IMG/VR virus record: IMGVR_UViG_3300032242_003291
Coordinates: 186,001 to 250,000 of that record
Length of the DNA: 64,000 nt
Direction: 5' to 3' (one strand)
The translations under genes and the position numbers were made by a program. The notes beneath the pieces are model-generated. The model was given only the letters and a program-made list of their open reading frames with translations. It did no database searches and had not been told where the DNA came from. Position 1 is the first letter of the stretch. Every line of letters begins with the position of its first letter. Positions 36,384 to 45,628 of the stretch are shown in pieces.

Positions 36384-37124
36384 ATGAATTATAAAGCCGT
36401 TGTAATGTCTGACCTTCATTTGGGTATGAAGGACTGCAAACCACAAAAGATATTGGACTTCTTGGATTCTATGAGGACCGACATCTTAATATTAAATGGA
36501 GACGTTATCGACTTTGATGCTCTTCGCAGAGGAAGCAAATGGAAAAATAAACATACAAAAGTTATTACCAAGATATTAGATATTTCTCGTCATGTTCCCG
36601 TGGTTTATATTCGCGGGAACCATGATGATGATATCCGTGAGTTCTTCGGAATGGAAATTGGTAACATACAATTTACAGATGAATATATTATTGATACTAA
36701 AGAATGGGTTGAAAATGATGTCTATCACAATAGAAGATATCTTGTTTTTCACGGTGACCAAATTGATGTCACATCCAAGTTCAAACTACTTACTCAGATT
36801 GGCTCTGTGGGCTACGACCTGGCTCTAAGATTGAATACAATCTATAACCGTTACAGAGAATGGAGAAAACTTCCTTATTATTCCATATCAAAAAGGATTA
36901 AAGAAAACTTTAAGAAAGCATTGAGCTTCATTAATAACTTTGAAGATAATGCCGTTCAGTATGGTAAAAGAAAAGGATGTAATGGTGTGATATGTGGGCA
37001 CATACATATTCCTGTGATGAAAGAAATTAACGGAGTTAACTATTATAACTCAGGTGATTGGGTTGAAAACTTTACAGCAGTTGTTCTTACTACAGATTAC
37101 AAATGGGAGTTAATTCATTTATAA
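36384..37124 (+). CDS. LpxH-like metallophosphoesterase (UDP-2,3-diacylglucosamine diphosphatase family)
   Basis: SDLHLG, NGDVID, RGNHD, FHGD, CGHIH, NSGDWVE. Confidence 0.85.
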   Translation: MNYKAVVMSDLHLGMKDCKPQKILDFLDSMRTDILILNGDVIDFDALRRGSKWKNKHTKVITKILDISRHVPVVYIRGNHDDDIREFFGMEIGNIQFTDEYIIDTKEWVENDVYHNRRYLVFHGDQIDVTSKFKLLTQIGSVGYDLALRLNTIYNRYREWRKLPYYSISKRIKENFKKALSFINNFEDNAVQYGKRKGCNGVICGHIHIPVMKEINGVNYYNSGDWVENFTAVVLTTDYKWELIHL

Positions 37125-37757
37125 ATTTTCTCTTATTATTTTACAAGGTGAACCGTACGCAATTACGTTATCGGGAATGTCTTTTGTTACGACTGAACCC
37201 GCACCTATGATTGTGTTCTTTCCTATCTTTACTTCATGTAATATGTTTGTCCCCATCCCTATTGTTGTACCTTTACCTATGGTCACGTTTCCTGCGATGT
37301 TGGTACCAGGATTGATTGAACAATAATCACTTATGATTGTATGATGACCTATGGAAACATGTCTATTAATGGATACAAAATTACCTATCTTTGTTTGTGC
37401 TGCAATTGATACTTTGGAATTGATTAATACCCCACATCCTATTTTGCTTGTATGGGAAATATCTAAACCACTATGAATTACACTAATAAACTTGTTGAAG
37501 TCAGGATTTAATTCTTGTATTATTTTTATTTTATGTTGAGGTTGATATACCCCGAGAACAAATGCTGTGTAGTCATCTAAGTTAACTTCATTCAAAACTT
37601 CTATGTTAAATCTGTCGTGATTAAACGTATTCAGTATTGGTAAATCTAAATTGTTATAGATTGTTATCTTTGGCATTTGATGAATTGAATATAAGTTATC
37701 TAATATCATCGTGACAATATTATCTCCTTTACCTATAACTAATAATTTTGTTCCCAT
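37119..37757 (-). CDS. NeuD/PglD-like hexapeptide sugar acyltransferase
   Basis: Left-handed beta-helix repeats, IGHHT, IGAGSVVTKDIP, AYGSPCK. Confidence 0.9.
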   Translation of the reverse strand: MGTKLLVIGKGDNIVTMILDNLYSIHQMPKITIYNNLDLPILNTFNHDRFNIEVLNEVNLDDYTAFVLGVYQPQHKIKIIQELNPDFNKFISVIHSGLDISHTSKIGCGVLINSKVSIAAQTKIGNFVSINRHVSIGHHTIISDYCSINPGTNIAGNVTIGKGTTIGMGTNILHEVKIGKNTIIGAGSVVTKDIPDNVIAYGSPCKIIRENL

Positions 37758-38556
37758 ATCCTTTTTTTCTTAATTCGTATGATGTGTAATGAGTCATATC
37801 TAATTCATTCATTATTCTATGTGCTCGTTTTAATAACTCTATGTTGGTTGTCTTTTCCTTATCTTTGAAATATAAGTTATCTTCTAATCCGATTCTTATT
37901 CCATCGAAATCTAACAGACCATAAGTTGTGCTTTTTAGTTGTTGTGAACCTATCCCACCTAAACAAACGTATGAATTTGTTGGTAGATTAGATTTTATTG
38001 TTGATAATGTTCCGAAGTCACACTGACCGTTATATATGTTTCCCAATATAACGTTAATGTGATATGGTGGATTTAATCTGTTCTTTGAAATAAGGTAATT
38101 GGTATAGTTTAACATCCCTGTATCAAAACATTCTATCTCAGGCTGAACCCCGTGTTTGTTCATCTCTTCTATCAAAGATAGTATCATCTCAGGTTGATTT
38201 AGAGATGCTCCTGATGGGAAGTTTAATGATGACATCGTTAATGAACCCATGTCAGGATATAATTGTAATACTTCTGCTCTTTGTTCTAATTCAGGAAAGT
38301 TTCTTCCAGTTAGTGAGACGCAAATCAATAATTCAGGACAATGTTTTTTTACACCTTCTATAATCTTTTGATACACTTCTTTCTTGTAAGTGTTCTTTAA
38401 TGTATTTTCATCCCGAGCATGTAAATGCACAATCGATATACCCACTTCATGTGCGTTATGAATTTCCTCTATTATTTCGTTCGGTAATAGTGGAGCAAGA
38501 GAATTATCCCTTGTTGTTTGAGTACCTGTTGGTGTGAAATTGATTATTTTATGCAC
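37729..38556 (-). CDS. beta-keto acid cleavage enzyme (BKACE/Kce, DUF849)
   Basis: IINFTPTG, GISIVHLHARD, PEIECFDTGM, IRIGLEDN; probable GTG start overlapping the upstream stop. Confidence 0.9.
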   Translation of the reverse strand: MHKIINFTPTGTQTTRDNSLAPLLPNEIIEEIHNAHEVGISIVHLHARDENTLKNTYKKEVYQKIIEGVKKHCPELLICVSLTGRNFPELEQRAEVLQLYPDMGSLTMSSLNFPSGASLNQPEMILSLIEEMNKHGVQPEIECFDTGMLNYTNYLISKNRLNPPYHINVILGNIYNGQCDFGTLSTIKSNLPTNSYVCLGGIGSQQLKSTTYGLLDFDGIRIGLEDNLYFKDKEKTTNIELLKRAHRIMNELDMTHYTSYELRKKGYGNKIISYR

Positions 38557-39499
38557 TTGTAATATATGATTTGATTTTGAACACTTCCCTAAATTGATTA
38601 TCGAATGCTTTTTCATAAATAACTTTTTGTGAGTTATCAACTCTTACGTGATTGATATCATCAAAAATTCCCAAAGGTCTTATGTGCCAGTGGTAAGGTT
38701 TTGTTGTTATGTTAACAATTGTAGATTTATTTACAATTACAACAATTTCTTCAGAGGTGTCTTTCACGGATTTATAAAAAATGTTCAATGTTTTGTCTGA
38801 TGGATTATAGTACAAAGTGAAATGGACCCCCCTATGAAAAACTTTATCTCCCCTTTGAAATTTATCTTCCAAAGGTTCATCTTTGAATAATATTTTTCCC
38901 GAGTTTAATAGAAGGTTTTTTGTGAAATGCTCTAATTGGGTTTCTTTCATTTTTTTCATTTCTCTTTCAATATATTCCTTGTCATAATTTTTTATTTTTT
39001 CAGGTAAAGAACTTACTTTCATAGACTTGAAAGAACCAAAAAGAAACCCGTCTTCTTGCCCATTATTAGTATAAATTACAGAATCATACCTTTCTAAAAA
39101 ATTACTATTTTCGTCAACTAAATTTTTATCTAACAGCAAACAATCATACTCGATATGATGAATATTTTGATATCCAAAATTTATTGCTATTTGGCAAGCA
39201 ATCGATAACATTCTATAAATCGCAAATCCATAAAAATATTTATTAAAAAATCTTGATTTTATTTTTGAATTTCCAAATTCGAAATACATGTAGCCTAACA
39301 AATCATAATCCTCTGAAATTTCATTTTTATAATCATAAACATAATAATGACATTTTTTTTGAATATGAATTGGAACATGCGAATGAGAAACTAACGCAAT
39401 ATGTTTACCACATTCTAAAACAGAATTAATACATTTTTCTAAAATTATTTCTTGTTCTTCTGTTGGACAATAAGCAGAAATAAAAATTAAATCTTTCAT
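38549..39499 (-). CDS. hypothetical glycan-modification protein (GT-like N-terminus)
   Basis: IALVSHS, HHIEYDC; TATTTAT at 39509-39515. Confidence 0.6.
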   Translation of the reverse strand: MKDLIFISAYCPTEEQEIILEKCINSVLECGKHIALVSHSHVPIHIQKKCHYYVYDYKNEISEDYDLLGYMYFEFGNSKIKSRFFNKYFYGFAIYRMLSIACQIAINFGYQNIHHIEYDCLLLDKNLVDENSNFLERYDSVIYTNNGQEDGFLFGSFKSMKVSSLPEKIKNYDKEYIEREMKKMKETQLEHFTKNLLLNSGKILFKDEPLEDKFQRGDKVFHRGVHFTLYYNPSDKTLNIFYKSVKDTSEEIVVIVNKSTIVNITTKPYHWHIRPLGIFDDINHVRVDNSQKVIYEKAFDNQFREVFKIKSYITSA

Positions 39500-39566
39500 T
39501 CCCCAAAAATAAATAAAAATAGTTTTTAATCAATAAAATGTTTTACCCTAAAAAGTATTTATTAAT

Positions 39567-39884
39567 ATGGACTATATTATGAACCAAAGACAACTTGATA
39601 AGTTGATGAAACCATATTGGGATATGCATTTTAATGATGCATACTTTGGTAAAGTTAATTTGAGTGGTGAAGATTGGGTAGGTTTGATTAAAAAAGATTC
39701 TAAAGGTATTCCTGAATTATTGTTGGGACATCCTGAAGATAGAGAAGAAATGATGTGGTATTGTAATGGACCAACTTTTAATGGTGGACATACACTTTTT
39801 AGTATTAAGCGTAGTGCATTTAATGAATCTATGAAAAGATATGTTAAGGATAGATTTAACATTACAACAAAAGATATTATGTAA
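39567..39884 (+). CDS. WF-family protein with degenerate leader
   Basis: MDYIMNQRQL; TLFS...MKRYVKDRF; TATTTAT at 39556-39562. Confidence 0.7.
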   Translation: MDYIMNQRQLDKLMKPYWDMHFNDAYFGKVNLSGEDWVGLIKKDSKGIPELLLGHPEDREEMMWYCNGPTFNGGHTLFSIKRSAFNESMKRYVKDRFNITTKDIM

Positions 39885-40139
39885 CTACTTCTTTTTTACC
39901 TTAACACAATTTGGGTATCTCTTTCCGAACATTGTCTTCATCCCCTTTTGAGTATATCCTTTCCAACATCTCTCAGTTATTTCTGATTCATTATTCTCAT
40001 GTTTGAAGTGTTCGTGGTCGGGCTCCATTTCGAATGCTGGTGCTGCGTAAGCCCCAACGCCTTCTTTTTCTTCTTGTTCTTTCGAAGGTAAATTGTTCTC
40101 AATGTGTTCCCTGAGTATTTTTTTGATAAGTTGTCTCAC
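39885..40139 (-). CDS. leader-bearing multi-module small protein
   Basis: MRQLIKKILREH; ITE then RCWKGYTQKGMKTMFGKRYPNCVK; TATTTAT at 40144-40150. Confidence 0.8.
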   Translation of the reverse strand: MRQLIKKILREHIENNLPSKEQEEKEGVGAYAAPAFEMEPDHEHFKHENNESEITERCWKGYTQKGMKTMFGKRYPNCVKVKKK

Positions 40140-40167
40140 AATAATAAATATCCTATATTTGAATTAG

Positions 40168-40470
40168 ATGGAAAGATTAATCAATTCTTTTTTGGAAACT
40201 AAATACACTGATAAACTCCGTATTAAAACTAGATATATTACTGAAGGTATAAAGTGTATTGAATATAATATATCATCAGGTTATGATGATATAATAACTG
40301 TTTATCTTTATTCCGAACACCAAAAAGGTTTTAAGGTTTTTGGTCCTTTAGCTAAAGAATTGGAATCATGGTTCGATATTAAATTTAGAGGGAAAGTAGA
40401 AGAGCTTGTATTCTCTTGGTGTAAAACCAAAATAGATTTTAATAATAAAAACCTAGAATATTTTGTATAG
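40168..40470 (+). CDS. WF-family protein without leader
   Basis: LESWF...LVFSWCKTK. Confidence 0.7.
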   Translation: MERLINSFLETKYTDKLRIKTRYITEGIKCIEYNISSGYDDIITVYLYSEHQKGFKVFGPLAKELESWFDIKFRGKVEELVFSWCKTKIDFNNKNLEYFV

Positions 40471-40583
40471 TGTTAATGTCTATAATGTGGATGATGTTTG
40501 TGCCAATGACGATGATGTTTTGTGGTTACACATGAAACCATTAAAATTGAAATGATTGATATTAAAAATAACTTTTTCATAAT

Positions 40584-41672
40584 TTACCAATTAAAATCTG
40601 TATTAGTATTTGTTGATTCGTAATTAATTATTAGTGGCATCCCCGTTGATATTCGTAGTCTTTTCTCTAATTCATAAGCTATATCATCAGCATCAAAATC
40701 ACCCCTCCTTATTGAAGAATAGTAAACCATAAGTTTTATATGCATGTACTTTTGTTCTATGGTCTTATTGCTATGCATAATTGTAACCCAATCCGCATCG
40801 TTAACCTCAATTTTTTCTAATTCTTCGAGTTGGTTACAATGTTCATCATTACTGTAATCAGGATAATCAATCATACCATCTTCACATTCTTTTCGAATGT
40901 GTTTTATCTCTCTATCAATAACTTCTTGGAATAATTGTCTATATTTTTGTGATTCTAAAATAAGATTATATTGTGATTCTGTTACGATGTATTTTTTTTT
41001 AGATTCTTTGATATCATCAATTAACATTGATTCGTATGGAATACCAAGTTTGTCCAAACTCCAAAGTATTTGATTATATTTTCCATCATAAAGATTTTTT
41101 GAAAAATCTTTACCTTTCCAATGTTTTGTTGGTGCTGAACGAGTAACGGCTTTGTGAATCCAACTGTCGGGACTTGAATGTTTTACGTTGTGTAATGTAA
41201 TTAAATGAGTACTAGGTTCGTTAAGAAATTTTTTATAATCTTTTGAGTTTGGGTCACCCTCAATTGCTGGTGTAACAAATACCGCGCCAGCGTCAACTAA
41301 TTTGTTTATATCAAATGGTAATCTTTCAGGAGATTCATTTCTACCCTCTTGATAATCATAAACAATTGATTCGTTCAAACCATGTGTCTCTCTATATCTT
41401 CTGTTAATGTATCCAGCAAATTTTTTATAAAGGTACCAATATAATTCGTCTTTTTCTGCAAGACTTACTTTACGACCTGTTTGTTCCCATATATAATCGA
41501 GAATTTTCTCATTCAACCAATTACACACCTCTTCCACACAATCTGTGGCATCGCTAAATGCACCCAAATCTAAATCATAATCTAATACGACGTTTAATTC
41601 ATCCAACAATTCACCATCATCCAATCTTCTTTTAACATGTGGAGACATTGACTCAAACAAAGATATTCCCAT
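40584..41672 (-). CDS. polyprotein-like three-module protein with an internal leader copy
   Basis: LFES / LNES / IKESKKKYIVTESQYNLILESQ junctions; TATTTAT at 41678-41684. Confidence 0.8.
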   Translation of the reverse strand: MGISLFESMSPHVKRRLDDGELLDELNVVLDYDLDLGAFSDATDCVEEVCNWLNEKILDYIWEQTGRKVSLAEKDELYWYLYKKFAGYINRRYRETHGLNESIVYDYQEGRNESPERLPFDINKLVDAGAVFVTPAIEGDPNSKDYKKFLNEPSTHLITLHNVKHSSPDSWIHKAVTRSAPTKHWKGKDFSKNLYDGKYNQILWSLDKLGIPYESMLIDDIKESKKKYIVTESQYNLILESQKYRQLFQEVIDREIKHIRKECEDGMIDYPDYSNDEHCNQLEELEKIEVNDADWVTIMHSNKTIEQKYMHIKLMVYYSSIRRGDFDADDIAYELEKRLRISTGMPLIINYESTNTNTDFNW

Positions 41673-41692
41673 ACAATATAAATATAGAATAA

Positions 41693-41881
41693 TTACTTCT
41701 TGTCTTCAGGTAATATTCTGAAGTTCATTACACGTTTACCATTCACTGTGGGCATACCATATTCATCTTTACCAATAGTTTTAACTGTGGTTTTTTTATT
41801 TCTGAATCTACCTGTATATATTATATCACCTACCTTCAAAGGAATATAAATGCCGTCTATTCTGTTTTCTTTTGAACTCAT
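41693..41881 (-). CDS. small basic beta-barrel-like protein
   Basis: IPLKVGDIIYTGRFRNK...KTIGKDEYGMPTVNG. Confidence 0.7.
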   Translation of the reverse strand: MSSKENRIDGIYIPLKVGDIIYTGRFRNKKTTVKTIGKDEYGMPTVNGKRVMNFRILPEDKK

Positions 41882-41898
41882 AGTTTTATTTTTAATGA

Positions 41899-42522
41899 AT
41901 GAAATCTTGGTTTGTTAACATTTCTGAACAATATAAATATTTTACATGGACCCCTGAAAGAACGGGTTCAACTCATTTTACTAATGTAATATCAAAACTT
42001 GGTTTTAAGTCTGCAGATGTTGTTGATTATAAAATTGTTTCATACGTAGATAATGTTCGTCATAATCATTTTTGTTCTCTTTTTGAAAACCATTGGGATT
42101 ATAAATTAATAATAACAACTAGGAATCCTTACTCAATGGTTATATCAAGGTCAGGTGCGTCTTCACTCAATAATATATCTGATGTTCAATCTGAAATAGA
42201 ATTAAGAATTGAAAATATGATGCAAAATCCCGTTGACAGTCCTTTTTGTTGTCAATGCTTTCAAGATAGAAAACCTGATTATTTCTTGAGGTTGGAAAAT
42301 TTATATGAGGATTGGCTCAAAATACCATTTGTTCAAACACATGAATTTAATCTTTCAGGTGAATTAAAAAAATTAACATCAATCAGGTTGAATGAACAAA
42401 AAAATACTGAAAACATTAATTATTGGAAAAAATATTACAACAAAAGGATTGCTGATTTAGTTTACTATAATTTCCCAAACAATTTCGAATTATTTGGATA
42501 TGATAAAGATTCTTGGAAATAA
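41899..42522 (+). CDS. sulfotransferase (Sulfotransfer_2-like)
   Basis: PERTGS, TTRNPYS, YFLRLENLYED. Confidence 0.75.
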   Translation: MKSWFVNISEQYKYFTWTPERTGSTHFTNVISKLGFKSADVVDYKIVSYVDNVRHNHFCSLFENHWDYKLIITTRNPYSMVISRSGASSLNNISDVQSEIELRIENMMQNPVDSPFCCQCFQDRKPDYFLRLENLYEDWLKIPFVQTHEFNLSGELKKLTSIRLNEQKNTENINYWKKYYNKRIADLVYYNFPNNFELFGYDKDSWK

Positions 42523-42524
42523 GA

Positions 42525-42965
42525 TTACATTTGGTTCAAGACCATATGTTCAATCTCATTTTTATTAATCAAATATACAGGTAAGTGTGTCAAGTGTTTT
42601 ATATTAATTGCTTTGTATAACCTATTTAATCCATCTGAAACTGATAAATTACCATCTTTTTCTTTTACCACTAATAAGGGATAAGATAAATCTGCCTTCA
42701 AAACTCTATTCTTATCGTTAGGATTACTAATGTCATAACTTAAGTCCCACCATTCCAAATTATGTTTAATTTTACTTAATGGAAATTTTTTATGTAAATA
42801 TTTTTCGGGGTTACTTTCAACAAAATCATATATGGATTTTACACTAAAAAGATTGCCATCGTCATCGGCAAATTTACTATCCTCAAAAGGTTCATTAACA
42901 TCTCTATCTAATTTATCTTCATATAAGATACTTTTGATTCTTGATATTTCTTCGTGAAGTTTCAT
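42525..42965 (-). CDS. leader-bearing ParB/Srx-like domain protein
   Basis: MKLHEEISRIKSILYE; ADLSYPLLV...SDGLNRLYKA. Confidence 0.65.
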   Translation of the reverse strand: MKLHEEISRIKSILYEDKLDRDVNEPFEDSKFADDDGNLFSVKSIYDFVESNPEKYLHKKFPLSKIKHNLEWWDLSYDISNPNDKNRVLKADLSYPLLVVKEKDGNLSVSDGLNRLYKAINIKHLTHLPVYLINKNEIEHMVLNQM

Positions 42966-43369
42966 TATTTTTCTCCGTACATTAATTCTTCATATTTGAA
43001 AAAATCTTTTTCAAATGATTTAATAAAAATACTAGCCAATACGTTAGCCATATTTTCTTCAGGTCCACCAATATCTTTTATTGGTTGGTCGTCTCTTAAT
43101 CCCATTTTTTGATGTTGATATTCATGTACCCATTCATGTGCAATTGTTTTGAGAACATCGATTAATAGACGATGTGCAGATAAAACATATATTTCATGAT
43201 TAGGAAGTCTAACTCCTGTAGTCATTGGCTCAACTCTTTTTTCTAAAAATGTAAAAGTGACATCCTCAGTAAGTTGTAGTTTGGTTTGAATAAATTTAAT
43301 AAAATCTTTAATCACTTTTATTTCGTCAGGATTAAATAACTTTTTGGTATTTTTAAGACAGACTCTCAT
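42965..43369 (-). CDS. small HExxH metallopeptidase-like protein
   Basis: TIAHEWVHEYQH...GPEENMAN. Confidence 0.7.
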   Translation of the reverse strand: MRVCLKNTKKLFNPDEIKVIKDFIKFIQTKLQLTEDVTFTFLEKRVEPMTTGVRLPNHEIYVLSAHRLLIDVLKTIAHEWVHEYQHQKMGLRDDQPIKDIGGPEENMANVLASIFIKSFEKDFFKYEELMYGEK

Positions 43370-44474
43370 GATTATAAATATCTGTAATCATTTTTAATGC
43401 CTGAGCAATTATTTGATGCATGTCGTAATACACATATGTTGCCAATCTGCCACCAAATATAACGTTTTTAAGACCCTTAGTTAGTTCGTGATACCTATTA
43501 TAGACCTGAGTGTTTTTATCGTCTCTAATTGGGTAATATGGTTCGTTATGACCATCGTATTCTTCAGGGAACTCGTAACTTATGATTGTACCTTTTTGAC
43601 CTTGATAGTCAAACCATTTATGTTCTAATATTCTGGTAAAAAGAGTTGTGGAATCTGTATAATTAACCACAGGATTACCTTGGAAATTACCTTCATCTAT
43701 CGTAACATTGGTCCAACTCAAACTTCTGTAATCTAACTTACCAAACTGATAATCAAAATATCTGTCTATCGGTCCTGTATATATTATTTTCTCTGCAAGA
43801 TTGTCATAATATTCACGGTTATCGAAATAATCTTGACCTAAAGAAACATCAATACCTTCTAACATTTTTTCAAATATTTGAGTATATCCACCTATAGGTA
43901 TTCCAGTATATTTGTCATTAAAGTAATTACTATCCCACGTGAATCTTATAGGTAATCTTTTAATAATTGATGCTGGTAATTCACTACAGGGTCTACCCCA
44001 TTGTTTAGTGGTATAGCCATTGATAAGTTTTTCGTAAATATCATCACCAACAATTGACCTTGCTTGTTCTTCGAGATTTTTAACTTCGCCTTTATACCTT
44101 TGTTTTTTGATGATTTCTTTTGCATCTTCTTCGGTTTTAACACCCCACAGTTGGTTAAAGGTCCACATGTTGAATGGGAGTGTGAACATTTCTCCGTTGT
44201 AATTCGCAATAACATTATGACTATATTGTTTAAATTCAGCAAATTGATTTATGTAATCCCAAATATATTTTTCATTAGTGTGGAATATATGTGCCCCGTA
44301 TCTGTGAACATGAATACCATTAACATTTTCAGTGTAACAATTTCCTCCAAGAGTGTTTCTTTTATCAATGACTAAACAAGATTTACCTCTCTTAGTAAGT
44401 TCATAAGCACAAACGGAACCATAAGGTCCCGCTCCTATTATGAGGTAATCATATTTTTTATCGATTAAAATCAT
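43353..44474 (-). CDS. glf: UDP-galactopyranose mutase
   Basis: IIGAG, GGNC, HRYGAHIFH, YTGPID, TRILEHK, EPYYP, GRLATYVYYDMHQ. Confidence 0.97.
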   Translation of the reverse strand: MILIDKKYDYLIIGAGPYGSVCAYELTKRGKSCLVIDKRNTLGGNCYTENVNGIHVHRYGAHIFHTNEKYIWDYINQFAEFKQYSHNVIANYNGEMFTLPFNMWTFNQLWGVKTEEDAKEIIKKQRYKGEVKNLEEQARSIVGDDIYEKLINGYTTKQWGRPCSELPASIIKRLPIRFTWDSNYFNDKYTGIPIGGYTQIFEKMLEGIDVSLGQDYFDNREYYDNLAEKIIYTGPIDRYFDYQFGKLDYRSLSWTNVTIDEGNFQGNPVVNYTDSTTLFTRILEHKWFDYQGQKGTIISYEFPEEYDGHNEPYYPIRDDKNTQVYNRYHELTKGLKNVIFGGRLATYVYYDMHQIIAQALKMITDIYNHESLS

Positions 44475-45628
44475 TTGAAATCAAATTTAATTGAATCTAA
44501 ATTAATTGAAAATTCTCCAACCTTTTTTTCTATTTTGTTTTTCCAATCAACAAGATGGTTGCTTGAATTGTAATAAGCTCTATCTTCAATAAGGAACGCA
44601 AGTGTTGGGAATGGATTAACTCTTTCAGGTTGTAACATTTTTTTAAAATGAGGAATCATTTCTTCTAACTTTCCTTTTCTTTCTAAATGTTCACACAAAT
44701 AGAGTAAATGTTCATTTCTTTGTGGTTGGAATTGTTCAGCCAATAAATAATGTTCTTCAGCAGATTTATTGTCTCCAATAAAACTATGTGCATGTCCCAT
44801 CGTACAAAGAGCAAAATAACACATTTCATCTTCATGTTTAGCAGTCTTAGAGTTAGACCAATCATGAGTTAATTCTAAAAATCTTTCATAGTACCATATT
44901 GAACGTCTAGCATATTCATCGGAATGTTTTTTACCAAAGGGTAGTTCACTTGGATTACCATAACAATCAGCATAACTTTTGGCAATATACCATAAATGAT
45001 AATAGTCTTCCAAAACTTTATTTCCAACAACCTTATCTTTCTCTAATTCCAACGCATCATTTAGAAATTTTCTTGGTACGTGCCAAGTTTCACCATCTTG
45101 TGATACCTTGTGTCTAAACCCCCATGGCATTCCAACTCTTTGAAACCCTTCTCCGATTTCAGGTAAATGAATTGTCTCGTGTCTTTTATCATGTTGGAAA
45201 AACCAAGGTAATTTAGCATTCCAAAGCCATGTTCTAAAATATTTGGTATCACCAGCTTCAGCACCAATATTGAAACTTTGTATTGATGTGTTATCAAATA
45301 TAGACCAATCAAAATCTTCATCAACATGAAGTCTTTCATCAGCATCCATTCTTAAAATCCAATCACATCCATGTAAAGTTTTAAGTGCTTCTTGCAGGGT
45401 ATGGTCTCTGTTAAATCCAGGAAAGTTCCATTCAGTAAAATAAGTAAATCCTGGTATTTTTTTTTCTTCAAAGAAATTATCAATAACTTCTTTTGTGTTA
45501 TCTTCGGTTCCATTACATTGGATTACATAATAATCTATATATGGTGCAACTGACTCCAACATTCTTGTAATGGTCTTAGACTCATTGCCGACCATAGCAT
45601 TCAAACAAATTTTTGTTTTTTTATTCAT
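44471..45628 (-). CDS. glycosyltransferase family 2 with helical/TPR-like C-terminus
   Basis: CLNAMVGNE, NRDHTL, WILRMDADE, RHETIH. Confidence 0.85.
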   Translation of the reverse strand: MNKKTKICLNAMVGNESKTITRMLESVAPYIDYYVIQCNGTEDNTKEVIDNFFEEKKIPGFTYFTEWNFPGFNRDHTLQEALKTLHGCDWILRMDADERLHVDEDFDWSIFDNTSIQSFNIGAEAGDTKYFRTWLWNAKLPWFFQHDKRHETIHLPEIGEGFQRVGMPWGFRHKVSQDGETWHVPRKFLNDALELEKDKVVGNKVLEDYYHLWYIAKSYADCYGNPSELPFGKKHSDEYARRSIWYYERFLELTHDWSNSKTAKHEDEMCYFALCTMGHAHSFIGDNKSAEEHYLLAEQFQPQRNEHLLYLCEHLERKGKLEEMIPHFKKMLQPERVNPFPTLAFLIEDRAYYNSSNHLVDWKNKIEKKVGEFSINLDSIKFDFK

